A stretch of DNA of 64,000 nt from NCBI GenBank assembly GCA_903907745.1, contig CAIVPF010000035.1, positions 7,215 to 71,214 of the forward strand, written 5' to 3'. This DNA comes from an uncultured Cytophagaceae bacterium (lineage in GTDB: Bacteria; Bacteroidota; Bacteroidia; Cytophagales; Spirosomataceae). Under the pieces are notes generated by a model, which had not been told where the DNA came from, did not search any database, and worked only from the letters and a program-made list of their open reading frames with translations. Positions 1 through 8,976 of the stretch are shown piece by piece (positions within the stretch are counted from its first letter, which is position 1; each line of letters begins with the position of its first letter). The translations under genes and the position numbers were made by a program.

Positions 1-1
1 G

Positions 2-268
2 ATCCAGCGGTCACACGCGGTGGCCAACGGCATTCCGGTCATTTCAGTCAATCGGGTCGGAGAAGAAAATGGCCAACAATTTTGGGGCGGAAGTTTTGTC
101 GCCAATGCCTTTGGGCGGGTGATTTTTCAAGCGAGTCATGATCAAGAAGAAATCGCTGTCGTGGCAGTAAACGTGGATTCCAGCGAATACTATCGTCGGA
201 CTTGGCCATTTTTCCGAGATCGTCGGATCGATTCCTACGGGGATTTGACGAAACGATTTATCGATTAA
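2..268 (+). CDS. aguB: Carbon-nitrogen hydrolase, probably N-carbamoylputrescine amidase (5' truncated by window edge)
   Basis: Frame open from position 2 (IQRSHAVANGIPVISVNRVG...FWGGSFVANAFG...RRTWPFFRDRR); typical C-terminus of the nitrilase-superfamily NCP amidase. Confidence 0.7.
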   Translation: MQRSHAVANGIPVISVNRVGEENGQQFWGGSFVANAFGRVIFQASHDQEEIAVVAVNVDSSEYYRRTWPFFRDRRIDSYGDLTKRFID

Positions 269-1261
269 TTACTCGATTAAATCACCCAATAACATCAGGA
301 AAGGTCCTTGAGGGCCGGCGTCCATATCGGCAAAGCGGTGGTAATAACCACTTAACAAATTTTGCGAAACCTTTTTCACACGCAGCAAACGGGCTTTCGG
401 TAAATGCGAACGACGGAACCAATACTCGATTTTTGCATCCAAGGCCTCAAAAGATTGTCCCGGAAATTTTAGTTCGATTTCTGCGCGAAGTGCATGCAAA
501 AACTCGTATTTTTTCAAATAAGGTCCTGTTTTTTCCTCATGTGGGCGTTTCATTCGATCCCATAGGGTGGGAGCTTTTCCCTGTTCTCCGCGAACCCCGA
601 CTTGCTGTTCGGAATGTTGACGATACTGTACATAAGTCGCCGGAATAAATCCGATTCGATTTTCCAAAGCTGCTGCGATTCCCATCCAAGCGTCATGCAA
701 GAAAAAAGCAGGTAAATTAGAAGGGAAGGGCGTAATTTTCTCAAAAAAGCTTTTTCGGATTCCCATGGTGCAACCTGTGACGCGATTTCCATCCAACAAT
801 ATCTCGAGCGCTTTTCCAGCTTTCCATTCCTTTTGCTGCTGATCCCTAAATCGGAATGTAGCCCATAATTTGTCATTGGATACTTGTCCGAATTCGTCGA
901 CGAGGACTGCATCCGTAAAAACAACATCGTATTCTGGATGTTGGTTAAAATAAGTCGATATCCGCTCGATTTTCTGAATGTCCCAAAAATCATCTTGGTC
1001 CGCTGGAAAAATATAATCCCCCGTGCACAGGGAAATGGCCTTTTCGAAATTTCGATAGGTGCCTAAACGAACAGGGTTTTGGTGGATTTTTAAAGGTAAT
1101 TTGGATTGGTATTGCGCTAAAATTTCTAAGGTTTTATCGGTGGAACCTTCATCACACACGATTACCTCATCGATGGGCATGGTTTGATCGACCAAGCTTG
1201 CCAATTGTGTCCTTAAAAATTTTTCCCCATTCAGGGTACAGAGAGCTACTGAAATCTTCAA
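269..1261 (-). CDS. Glycosyltransferase family 2 protein
   Basis: ISVALCTLNGEKFL N-terminus, DE-x-S-x-D, ADQDDFW (DxD) and HDAW motifs of GT2. Confidence 0.9.
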   Translation of the reverse strand: MKISVALCTLNGEKFLRTQLASLVDQTMPIDEVIVCDEGSTDKTLEILAQYQSKLPLKIHQNPVRLGTYRNFEKAISLCTGDYIFPADQDDFWDIQKIERISTYFNQHPEYDVVFTDAVLVDEFGQVSNDKLWATFRFRDQQQKEWKAGKALEILLDGNRVTGCTMGIRKSFFEKITPFPSNLPAFFLHDAWMGIAAALENRIGFIPATYVQYRQHSEQQVGVRGEQGKAPTLWDRMKRPHEEKTGPYLKKYEFLHALRAEIELKFPGQSFEALDAKIEYWFRRSHLPKARLLRVKKVSQNLLSGYYHRFADMDAGPQGPFLMLLGDLIE

Positions 1262-1271
1262 AATAATAGTA

Positions 1272-4115
1272 TTAATGGGCTTCCAACCAATTCGCCCCTA
1301 CGCCGATTCCCGTTTCCATCGCCACACCCAAATCCAATGCATGACACATGATGTCATTTATCTTTTCACGAAGGTAATTAATTTCAGGAATATGTGCATC
1401 AAAGACCAATTCATCATGAACAGTCAAAATCATCTTGGATTTTAAATTTTCCTTGATCAAAAAATCCTGTATCTGAATCATGGCCACCTTAATCATATCC
1501 GCAGCAGATCCCTGAATCGGTGCATTAATCGCATTCCGCTCCGCAAATCCGCGTTCATTCATATTCGCCGATAAAATATCCCGTAAATACCTTCTGCGTC
1601 CCAATACCGTTTCTACATAGCCTAGATCCTGCGCCGATTTAACGCAATCGTCCATGTAGGTTTTAACCTTTGGAAATTCCAAGAAATATTGTTCGATGAT
1701 TTCTTTGGCTTCGGTTCGAGAGATGTTCAATTGACCCGCCAATCCAAAGGCCGAAACCCCATAAATAATCCCAAAATTCACCGTTTTCGCCTTCCGACGC
1801 ATATCGGAATCCACATCCGCCAATGCGACATGAAAGACCTTAGCTGCCGTAGCTTTATGCACATCCAATCCTTGATTAAAGGCTTCCAGCATCGATTCAT
1901 CCTTGGAGAATGCGGCCATGATGCGTAATTCGATTTGCGAATAATCGGCCGATAAAATCTGAAATTCCTCATTTCGAGGGATGAAGGCTTTGCGAATTTC
2001 CCGACCTCGAACGGTTCGGATCGGAATATTTTGCAGGTTTGGATCTTTCGAAGATAATCGTCCCGTAGCCGTCACGGCTTGCATGAAGGACGTATGAATA
2101 CGGCCAGTGACTGGGGAGATTAATTGGGGTAAGGCATCGACATAGGTCGATTTCAATTTTTGTAATTCCCTAAAATCCAAGATCAAAGACGCGATTTCAT
2201 GCTCGCCTTCTAATTTGGATAAAATCTCTTCCCCCGTCATATATTGACCGGTTTTAGTCTTTTTAGCTTTGGGGTCTAAGCGCATTTTTTCAAACAAAAT
2301 TTCGCCTAATTGTTTCGGAGAGGCGATGTTGAATTCCTGACCTGCAGCCTCGAATATTTTTTGTTGGACCGCCTTCGAATCCGCATCCAAGGTCAGCGAC
2401 ATTTCTTGTAAAAATGGAATATCTAAATTGACCCCCTCGCGTTCGATGGCCGATAAAACCCTAGAAAGGGGCATTTCAACTTCCTCTAGCAAGGACGTAG
2501 CCTTCGGATTTAGACTCATTTGTTTGTCTAGAAAGGGTTTCAATTGTAAAGTGATATCCGCATCTTCGGCCGCATATTCTTTGATTTCATTGAGGTCGAC
2601 ATCGCGCATATTGCCTTGTTTAGCACCTTTTTTGCCGATGAGCGTTTCGATCGACAAAGGTTCGTACCCTAAATAGGCCATGGACAAAGCATCCATATTA
2701 TGGCGTTTTTCTGGTTCGATCAAATAATGGGCCAGCATCGTGTCATAGACTTTTCCTTTGATTTCAAGTCCATAATTGGCCATAACACTCATGTCGTATT
2801 TGATGTTCTGAGCGACCTTTTCGATGGCCTCATTCGCAAATAACTCTTTGAATAGATCCACTTGCGCTTGGCATTCCGCCCGATCTGCGGAAAAGGGGAC
2901 GTAAAATGCCTCTGCCGTTCGATAGGAAAAGGACATGCCTACTAATTCAGCCTCCACGACGTTCAGACTCGTGGTTTCGGTGTCGAAACAAAAGGTTGTT
3001 TGTCGGCCTAAAAACCCAATCAAGGACTTAATCGCCGCATCCCCTTGGACCAAATGGTATTGATGCGCTGTATTTTGTAGGTTTTTAAAATGGCTGTGCT
3101 GAATTTCTTCCTCCTCCGACGTACCAGATGCTTGTGCCATCGTAGCTTGGGTACCTGAGGAAGGAGCTGCTGCCGCAAACATATCCATTTGATTCGTATC
3201 TTTTTTGGATGCGATTTTCGGTGCCGCGCTTGCCGGAGCCTCTTCACCTAAAATCCGCCGGCGCAATGTCCTAAATTCCAACTCATCCAATAGCGGATCT
3301 AATAATTCTCGTTTCGGAGCGGTCGCAATTAATTTTTCCTCTTCATATTCGAGCGGCACTTCGCACAGGATGCGTGCCAAATGTTTGGACAAAAGCCCTT
3401 GTTCCCTGAAATTAACAACGTTTTCTTGGAGCTTCCCCTTGAGTTTATCCGTGTTTTCTAATAGATTTTCGAGCGATCCATACTCCTCAATCAACTTTTG
3501 CGCCGTTTTTTCACCCACCCCCGGAATGCCCGGAATATTATCGACGGCATCCCCCATGAGACCGAGCATGTCGATGACCTGGTCCACGTTTTGGATATTC
3601 CATCGGGCACATACTTCTTTGGGTCCTAAAACCTCCACCCCTTTGCCCATAAAGGCGGGTTTGTACATTTTGATGCGCTCCTCCACCAACTGCCCATAAT
3701 CCTTATCCGGCGTCATCATATAGACTTCGATATCTGGATTTGCACGAACCGCTTTTTTGGCGATGGTCCCGATGATATCATCTGCTTCGTAGCCATCTAA
3801 TATTAATATGGGGATGTCCATGGCCTCAACGAATTGCTTCACATAGGGAATCGCGATGGTGATATCCTCCGGTTGTTTCTCACGTTGGGCTTTGTAGGGC
3901 GTGTATTCGATATGTCGGAATGTAGGTGCGTGCGTATCAAAAGCCACCCCTAAATAATCAGGTTTTTCTTTTTGGATTACTTCTAAAATGGTATTGGCAA
4001 AACCGAAGACGGCGCTGGTATTAATTCCTTTTGATGAAATGCGAGGGGTTTTGGCAAAGGCAAAATGGGCGCGATAGATTAATGCCATCGCATCAAAAAG
4101 GAATAATTTTTTCAT
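1272..4115 (-). CDS. polA: DNA polymerase I
   Basis: 947 aa; 5'-3' exo (GYEADDIIGT, GIPGVGEKTA), 3'-5' exo (FDTETT), polymerase motifs ADYSQIELR, KTVNFGIIYG, VHDEL. Confidence 0.99.
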   Translation of the reverse strand: MKKLFLFDAMALIYRAHFAFAKTPRISSKGINTSAVFGFANTILEVIQKEKPDYLGVAFDTHAPTFRHIEYTPYKAQREKQPEDITIAIPYVKQFVEAMDIPILILDGYEADDIIGTIAKKAVRANPDIEVYMMTPDKDYGQLVEERIKMYKPAFMGKGVEVLGPKEVCARWNIQNVDQVIDMLGLMGDAVDNIPGIPGVGEKTAQKLIEEYGSLENLLENTDKLKGKLQENVVNFREQGLLSKHLARILCEVPLEYEEEKLIATAPKRELLDPLLDELEFRTLRRRILGEEAPASAAPKIASKKDTNQMDMFAAAAPSSGTQATMAQASGTSEEEEIQHSHFKNLQNTAHQYHLVQGDAAIKSLIGFLGRQTTFCFDTETTSLNVVEAELVGMSFSYRTAEAFYVPFSADRAECQAQVDLFKELFANEAIEKVAQNIKYDMSVMANYGLEIKGKVYDTMLAHYLIEPEKRHNMDALSMAYLGYEPLSIETLIGKKGAKQGNMRDVDLNEIKEYAAEDADITLQLKPFLDKQMSLNPKATSLLEEVEMPLSRVLSAIEREGVNLDIPFLQEMSLTLDADSKAVQQKIFEAAGQEFNIASPKQLGEILFEKMRLDPKAKKTKTGQYMTGEEILSKLEGEHEIASLILDFRELQKLKSTYVDALPQLISPVTGRIHTSFMQAVTATGRLSSKDPNLQNIPIRTVRGREIRKAFIPRNEEFQILSADYSQIELRIMAAFSKDESMLEAFNQGLDVHKATAAKVFHVALADVDSDMRRKAKTVNFGIIYGVSAFGLAGQLNISRTEAKEIIEQYFLEFPKVKTYMDDCVKSAQDLGYVETVLGRRRYLRDILSANMNERGFAERNAINAPIQGSAADMIKVAMIQIQDFLIKENLKSKMILTVHDELVFDAHIPEINYLREKINDIMCHALDLGVAMETGIGVGANWLEAH

Positions 4116-4179
4116 AAAATTTGACTAAATTTGACAGGCTAATAAGCCTAGGTAAAGATAAGAAATAAATTGTCGAATT

Positions 4180-4812
4180 ATGAATTTAGCCGCGCTTCGT
4201 GAGAATTATCAAAAAGGAGAATTGTTAGAGTCTACGGTAGCCGCGGATCCCATCGAACAATTTAAAATATGGTTTCAAGAAGCGAGTAATGCCAAGGTTC
4301 CTGAGCCCAATGCCATGATTTTAAGTACGGTGGGGCATGATTTCAAACCCTCCGCGCGGGTAGTTTTGCTGAAACATATCGGACAAGGATTCTCTTTTTT
4401 TACGAATTACCATTCACGGAAAGGAGCCGAGCTTGCCCATCACGCACAGGCTTCCTTAACCTTTTTCTGGGGCGAATTAGAGCGTCAAGTGCGGATCGAG
4501 GGAAAGGTTTATAAAATGTCAGACGTTTTGTCGAGCGAATATTTTCACCAGCGTCCTCGTGAATCTCAATTAGGTGCCTGGGTTTCTGATCAAAGTCAGC
4601 GCGTGGAATCCCGTGAGTTTTTAGAAAATCGATTTAAAGAAGTAGCCCAACAGTACGAGGGCAAAGAAATTCCAAAACCGGCGCATTGGGGCGGCTACGA
4701 ATTAATTCCAGATTATGTGGAGTTTTGGCAGGGTAGGCCTTCGCGTTTGCACGATCGGGTCGTATATGAGCGCCAAGAAAAAGAATGGGAACGCTACCGA
4801 ATCGCTCCCTAA
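4180..4812 (+). CDS. pdxH: Pyridoxamine 5'-phosphate oxidase
   Basis: EPNAMILST, ARVVLLK, FFTNYHSRKG, LERQVRIEG, VEFWQGRPSRLHDR. Confidence 0.97.
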   Translation: MNLAALRENYQKGELLESTVAADPIEQFKIWFQEASNAKVPEPNAMILSTVGHDFKPSARVVLLKHIGQGFSFFTNYHSRKGAELAHHAQASLTFFWGELERQVRIEGKVYKMSDVLSSEYFHQRPRESQLGAWVSDQSQRVESREFLENRFKEVAQQYEGKEIPKPAHWGGYELIPDYVEFWQGRPSRLHDRVVYERQEKEWERYRIAP

Positions 4813-4815
4813 GTT

Positions 4816-5538
4816 TTATAAAAGCGCGCTGAAATCCTTCAGGCCTATCTTACGCTGGCTTTGAAAGCCTTCGCCATAGGTAACCCCAATTTTATGTCCC
4901 ATCTCTCGAGATCGAGCCTCGATGAATTTCAGGAATTCCGGGCTTGAAATATAAGACATAGGTTCCGATGAACTCGGATCAAAAAATTGACTCTTAAAGG
5001 CCCGAATTGCCTTTTCCTTGGTATCCCAATGCGCACTAACGTCCAAGACAAAATCCGGTTCCAAATAGCGATCTTGAATGTAATGAAAGAGGTGTTTAGG
5101 TCTCCAAGCTACTTGGTCCTCAAGAGAATCCTTTGTTTTTATTTGCCGTAAACCCGCTAAAAAACAAGCGTCAATCGCTAATTTAGCCCCTTTTCCATGG
5201 TCTGGATGACGATCCTCGAGGGCGTTTGCTAAGACGATGTCGGGTTGGTAGCGACGAATAACCTGGATGAGTTTCATTTGGCTTGCCTGATCATTTTGAA
5301 AAAATCCATCGGCTAATTCTAGGTTCTCACGCGCATGAAGGCCCATAATTTGGCTCGCGGCGGCGGATTCTTGCAAGCGAATTTCGGCTGTTCCTCGGGT
5401 TCCTAATTCACCACGTGTAAAATCGACGATGCCTACTTTTTTTCCTTGGGCGATGGCGGCTAACATCGTGCCGGAACATGAAAGTTCCGCATCATCTGGA
5501 TGCGCAGCCATAACCAAAATGTCTAGTTTGATTCCCAT
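4816..5538 (-). CDS. bshB1: Bacillithiol biosynthesis deacetylase BshB1 (PIG-L family)
   Basis: AHPDDAELSCSGT, TRGELGTRGT, DRHPDH motifs. Confidence 0.85.
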   Translation of the reverse strand: MGIKLDILVMAAHPDDAELSCSGTMLAAIAQGKKVGIVDFTRGELGTRGTAEIRLQESAAASQIMGLHARENLELADGFFQNDQASQMKLIQVIRRYQPDIVLANALEDRHPDHGKGAKLAIDACFLAGLRQIKTKDSLEDQVAWRPKHLFHYIQDRYLEPDFVLDVSAHWDTKEKAIRAFKSQFFDPSSSEPMSYISSPEFLKFIEARSREMGHKIGVTYGEGFQSQRKIGLKDFSALL

Positions 5539-5539
5539 A

Positions 5540-6649
5540 TTAATGAATTCGTAAACGCCTTCCGGCCCGGATTGTGGAGGTTAATCGCAGACCATTTAGC
5601 CTAGCTAACTTATTAACTGACATCCCTGCCCTTTGTGCAATCGTATATAAACTATCGCCCGAACGAACGCGGGTCCATGCTTTTCTGCGTGTTCTGATTT
5701 TATCTCCCACACTTCCGTATTCATTGCGAAGCGATAAGGCACGCGCATTAAACGTTTTCGCGGTGATCAATAAATGATCCGAAAGGGGCTCGCCCGTTCC
5801 AAAATTATAGACTTGGTTCGGATTAAATGGATTGCCCTCAAAACGCGTTTCAAAATGCAAATGAGAACCCGTGCTTCTACCCGTATTTCCGCCTAAACCG
5901 ATTTCTTCTCCCGCTTTCACAAAGGTGCCGGGCTCCAAATTTTGTTTGGATAAGTGGCCATAAAGGGTTTCTAAGCCGTTATAGTGGCGAACAACCATGA
6001 ATTTTCCATAGCCACCCCAGTCAATCGATGCCACCCGCACAATCCCATCAAAGGCCGAAAAAACCGGATAGCCCGTTTCTAAATCCAAATCGACTCCCGC
6101 ATGTAAGCGCCCCCAACGTGGACCGAATGGACTCGTTTGTTTCACCAAAGCCAAGGGCGCGGACCAATTTCTCCCTGCCTCTAAATTATATAATTCCAAA
6201 TCCACCGGCTCATCAAATTCCTTGGCATTAATATCATAGGGATCGATGCTTTTGGTATCCCAAATCGAATAATAAGATGCCACCGAAACAAAATCCTCAC
6301 TGCCCTCCGGCGCATTTTCTTCCTCGATCTCCACGACTAGGGCCTCCCCCTCATCGATGGACGTGGTGTCAAAATTACTGATCGTTGGATTAATAACTTT
6401 TAATGGCTCATATTTACGTTCCTGCATTTCAGAACCTTGAATCGCCGTGGTGGTAGATTCTGATTCGGTGCGAAATTGCAATGGGGGCAACTCATCCAAA
6501 TCGCTTTTTTTCGTTTGCTCTTGGTATAATTGTGCCTGTGTTTTTACGTCAATTTTGGTGTTTTTTTTGAATAATTTCCGCTCCTGAGCCATACCTGAAA
6601 AGGAGGCTAGAAAAGTGAACATACTCAAGCAAAGAATGGATAATTTCAT
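5540..6649 (-). CDS. M23 family peptidase with C-terminal LysM domain
   Basis: Signal peptide; HAGVD (HxxxD) and GSHLHFE (HxH) zinc motifs; VRSGDSLYTIAQRAG LysM. Confidence 0.9.
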   Translation of the reverse strand: MKLSILCLSMFTFLASFSGMAQERKLFKKNTKIDVKTQAQLYQEQTKKSDLDELPPLQFRTESESTTTAIQGSEMQERKYEPLKVINPTISNFDTTSIDEGEALVVEIEEENAPEGSEDFVSVASYYSIWDTKSIDPYDINAKEFDEPVDLELYNLEAGRNWSAPLALVKQTSPFGPRWGRLHAGVDLDLETGYPVFSAFDGIVRVASIDWGGYGKFMVVRHYNGLETLYGHLSKQNLEPGTFVKAGEEIGLGGNTGRSTGSHLHFETRFEGNPFNPNQVYNFGTGEPLSDHLLITAKTFNARALSLRNEYGSVGDKIRTRRKAWTRVRSGDSLYTIAQRAGMSVNKLARLNGLRLTSTIRAGRRLRIH

Positions 6650-6658
6650 GTAATTGAT

Positions 6659-7597
6659 TTAGTGTAAGGCATTTGAAGCCAACCATCGTTCTGCATCCAA
6701 AGCAGCCATACAGCCTGTTCCTGCGGCGGTGACGGCTTGTCGATACGTGGAATCCTGCACATCCCCACAGGCGAAAACACCTGCGATATTGGTCCGTGAA
6801 CTACCTTTTTCAGTGATTAAATATTCTTGTGCATCCATGTCCAATTGGCCCTTGAAAATAGAGGTATTCGGTTGATGCCCAATGGCCACAAAAAATCCAG
6901 TTAAGGCAATTTCCTCCGTTTCACCCGTTGCCCGATTTTTTAATCGTACACCCGTTACTCCCGTCGCATCACCCAAAATTTCCTCGGTTTCTGAATTCCA
7001 GTGGATCTCAATTTTTGGATTGTTTTTTACTCGTTCCTGCATAATCAGGGAGGCACGCATTTCATCCCGACGAACAATCATATGGACTTTCGTACATAAA
7101 TTCGCCAAATAACTTGCCTCTTCAGCCGCAGTATCTCCGGCACCTACGACGGCAACTATCTGATTACGGTAGAAAAATCCATCACAAACCGCGCAGGCCG
7201 AAACGCCTAAGCCATTGTAGGTTGTCTCACCTTCCAATCCAAGCCATTTTGCGGAAGCTCCAGTGGCGATTATGACCGAATCGGCTTCGATTTCTGTCCC
7301 GTTATCGATCCACACTTTTTTAGGTTGGGATGAAAAATCTACTTTTTCTGCCAATCCGAAACGCACATCTGTTCCAAATCTTTTTGCTTGATTTTCTAGA
7401 TCGACCATCATCGTAGGTCCATCGACGCCAGCTGGATAGCCTGGGAAATTATCGACTTCGGTGGTGGTGGTTAATTGACCTCCGGGCTGGCCACCCATGT
7501 ACATCACCGGTTTTAAACCTGCACGAGATGCATAAATGGCTGCTGTATAACCCGCAGGGCCGGATCCAATAATCAAACACTTGATTTTTTCAGACAT
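6659..7597 (-). CDS. trxB: Thioredoxin-disulfide reductase
   Basis: IIGSGPAGYTAA, CAVC redox motif, VFACGDVQD. Confidence 0.98.
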   Translation of the reverse strand: MSEKIKCLIIGSGPAGYTAAIYASRAGLKPVMYMGGQPGGQLTTTTEVDNFPGYPAGVDGPTMMVDLENQAKRFGTDVRFGLAEKVDFSSQPKKVWIDNGTEIEADSVIIATGASAKWLGLEGETTYNGLGVSACAVCDGFFYRNQIVAVVGAGDTAAEEASYLANLCTKVHMIVRRDEMRASLIMQERVKNNPKIEIHWNSETEEILGDATGVTGVRLKNRATGETEEIALTGFFVAIGHQPNTSIFKGQLDMDAQEYLITEKGSSRTNIAGVFACGDVQDSTYRQAVTAAGTGCMAALDAERWLASNALH

Positions 7598-7639
7598 AAA
7601 AAATAATTTTTTGGGACTTCATTAGCTTGTAAAATTCGG

Positions 7640-7647
7640 CAAATCTA
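7640..7647 (-). promoter_or_regulatory. Bacteroidota -7 promoter box (TAGATTTG) upstream of trxB
   Basis: Exact TAnnTTTG consensus about 43 nt upstream of the trxB start. Confidence 0.5.
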
Positions 7648-7686
7648 GGCAGATTCCCAAACGATGATTTTATTATCAATAATTAT

Positions 7687-7694
7687 TACATTTG
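7687..7694 (+). promoter_or_regulatory. Bacteroidota -7 promoter box (TACATTTG) upstream of the dctA-like gene
   Basis: Exact TAnnTTTG, 22 nt upstream of ATG 7717. Confidence 0.55.
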
Positions 7695-7716
7695 TTTTCA
7701 AACCTATCTTTAACGC

Positions 7717-8976
7717 ATGAAGTTTCGAAATATTACCTCCAACCTCACTTTTTGGGTCCTTTTATCTATTTTATTGGGTGTGCTCATCGGACATTTCGCA
7801 CCTCAATTTGCGCTTTACCCCGTTTTTGAGAAAAAAATGAATTACAATTTATTAGGAACTGAACTGAGTTTTGGCCCTAGTTTGAGTGAGGTTTTCAGTG
7901 GCTTTTTTATCAGTTTAGTGAAAATTTTCATACACCCAATTATCATTTTGACCATCAGTTTAGGGATCGTCAACATGGGGAATCTGAAAAAAGTGGGTCG
8001 GGTAGGTGGAAAGGCCTTACTTTATTTTGAAGTCATTACCACCTTAGCCTTGGTGATTGGCTTAGGCGTATCCAATTTATTAGAACCCGGGGTCGGGGTT
8101 ATTCGTGATAACGTGGCGGGTGGAGATATCTCAAAATACACGCAAAAAGCGGCGGATTTTAGCTGGTTAAATTTTCTGAAAGAAAATCTTACGATTCAAA
8201 TTCTCTTCTTTTCCTTGGCTTTCGGAGTCTTTTTAACCTTTGTTCGTGGCAAGGCCAAAATGGTCGCTGGCATGCACCAGGCCTCTGATTGGGTTTTCAA
8301 AGGATTGCATTCGATCATGTATTTGGCGCCCTTAGGTGCGTTAGGGGGGATGGCCTATACGATTGGTAAATTTGGGATTCATTCTTTATTGCCCCTCGCG
8401 AAATTGATGGTTTCCGTGTATATGACGATGGGGATTTTTGTGTTTTTGGTGCTTGGATTGGTGATGCGAAGTTGTGGGGAGAAAATCACGACTTTCTTGA
8501 ATTATATCAAAGCGGAATTATTAATTGTACTCGGAACCTCCTCTTCAGAAGCCGCCTTACCTTCTTTGATGCATAAATTAGAGAAAATGGGTTGTTCGAA
8601 ATCCGTGGTGGGTTTAGTGGTGCCGGCAGGATATTCCTTTAATTTGGATGGAACGAGTATTTATTTATCCATGGCTACCTTATTTTTGGCCCAAGTATAT
8701 GGCATTCATTTATCCTGGGAACAATTATTGACCATCATCGGCGTGCTCATGGTTACGTCCAAAGGTGCCGCTGGTGTGACCGGTAGTGGTTTTGTCGTGT
8801 TAGCATCTACCTTGACGGCTTTGCAAGTGATTCCTTTGGAAGGTTTAGCCTTGTTATTGGGTGTAGATCGATTCATGTCCGAGGCACGCGCGATTACGAA
8901 TTTCATCGGAAATGGTGTGGCAACGGTCTGGTTAGCCAAACACGAAGGTGAATTTCAAGCACCTGAATCGCTTTAA
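7717..8976 (+). CDS. dctA: Dicarboxylate/amino acid:cation symporter (DctA/GltP family)
   Basis: KKVGRVGGKALLYFE, LGTSSSEAALP, GYSFNLDGTSIY, SKGAAGVTGSGF, GVDRFMSEAR. Confidence 0.8.
   Translation: MKFRNITSNLTFWVLLSILLGVLIGHFAPQFALYPVFEKKMNYNLLGTELSFGPSLSEVFSGFFISLVKIFIHPIIILTISLGIVNMGNLKKVGRVGGKALLYFEVITTLALVIGLGVSNLLEPGVGVIRDNVAGGDISKYTQKAADFSWLNFLKENLTIQILFFSLAFGVFLTFVRGKAKMVAGMHQASDWVFKGLHSIMYLAPLGALGGMAYTIGKFGIHSLLPLAKLMVSVYMTMGIFVFLVLGLVMRSCGEKITTFLNYIKAELLIVLGTSSSEAALPSLMHKLEKMGCSKSVVGLVVPAGYSFNLDGTSIYLSMATLFLAQVYGIHLSWEQLLTIIGVLMVTSKGAAGVTGSGFVVLASTLTALQVIPLEGLALLLGVDRFMSEARAITNFIGNGVATVWLAKHEGEFQAPESL

Noticed and set aside
202-648. 148-aa plus-strand ORF
   Set aside because: Antisense shadow of the GT2 gene that also overlaps aguB; no recognisable motifs.
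3205-3699. 164-aa plus-strand ORF
   Set aside because: Lies wholly antisense to polA in the mirror codon frame; Ser/Phe-rich shadow. The same applies to the other short overlapping ORFs in the track.
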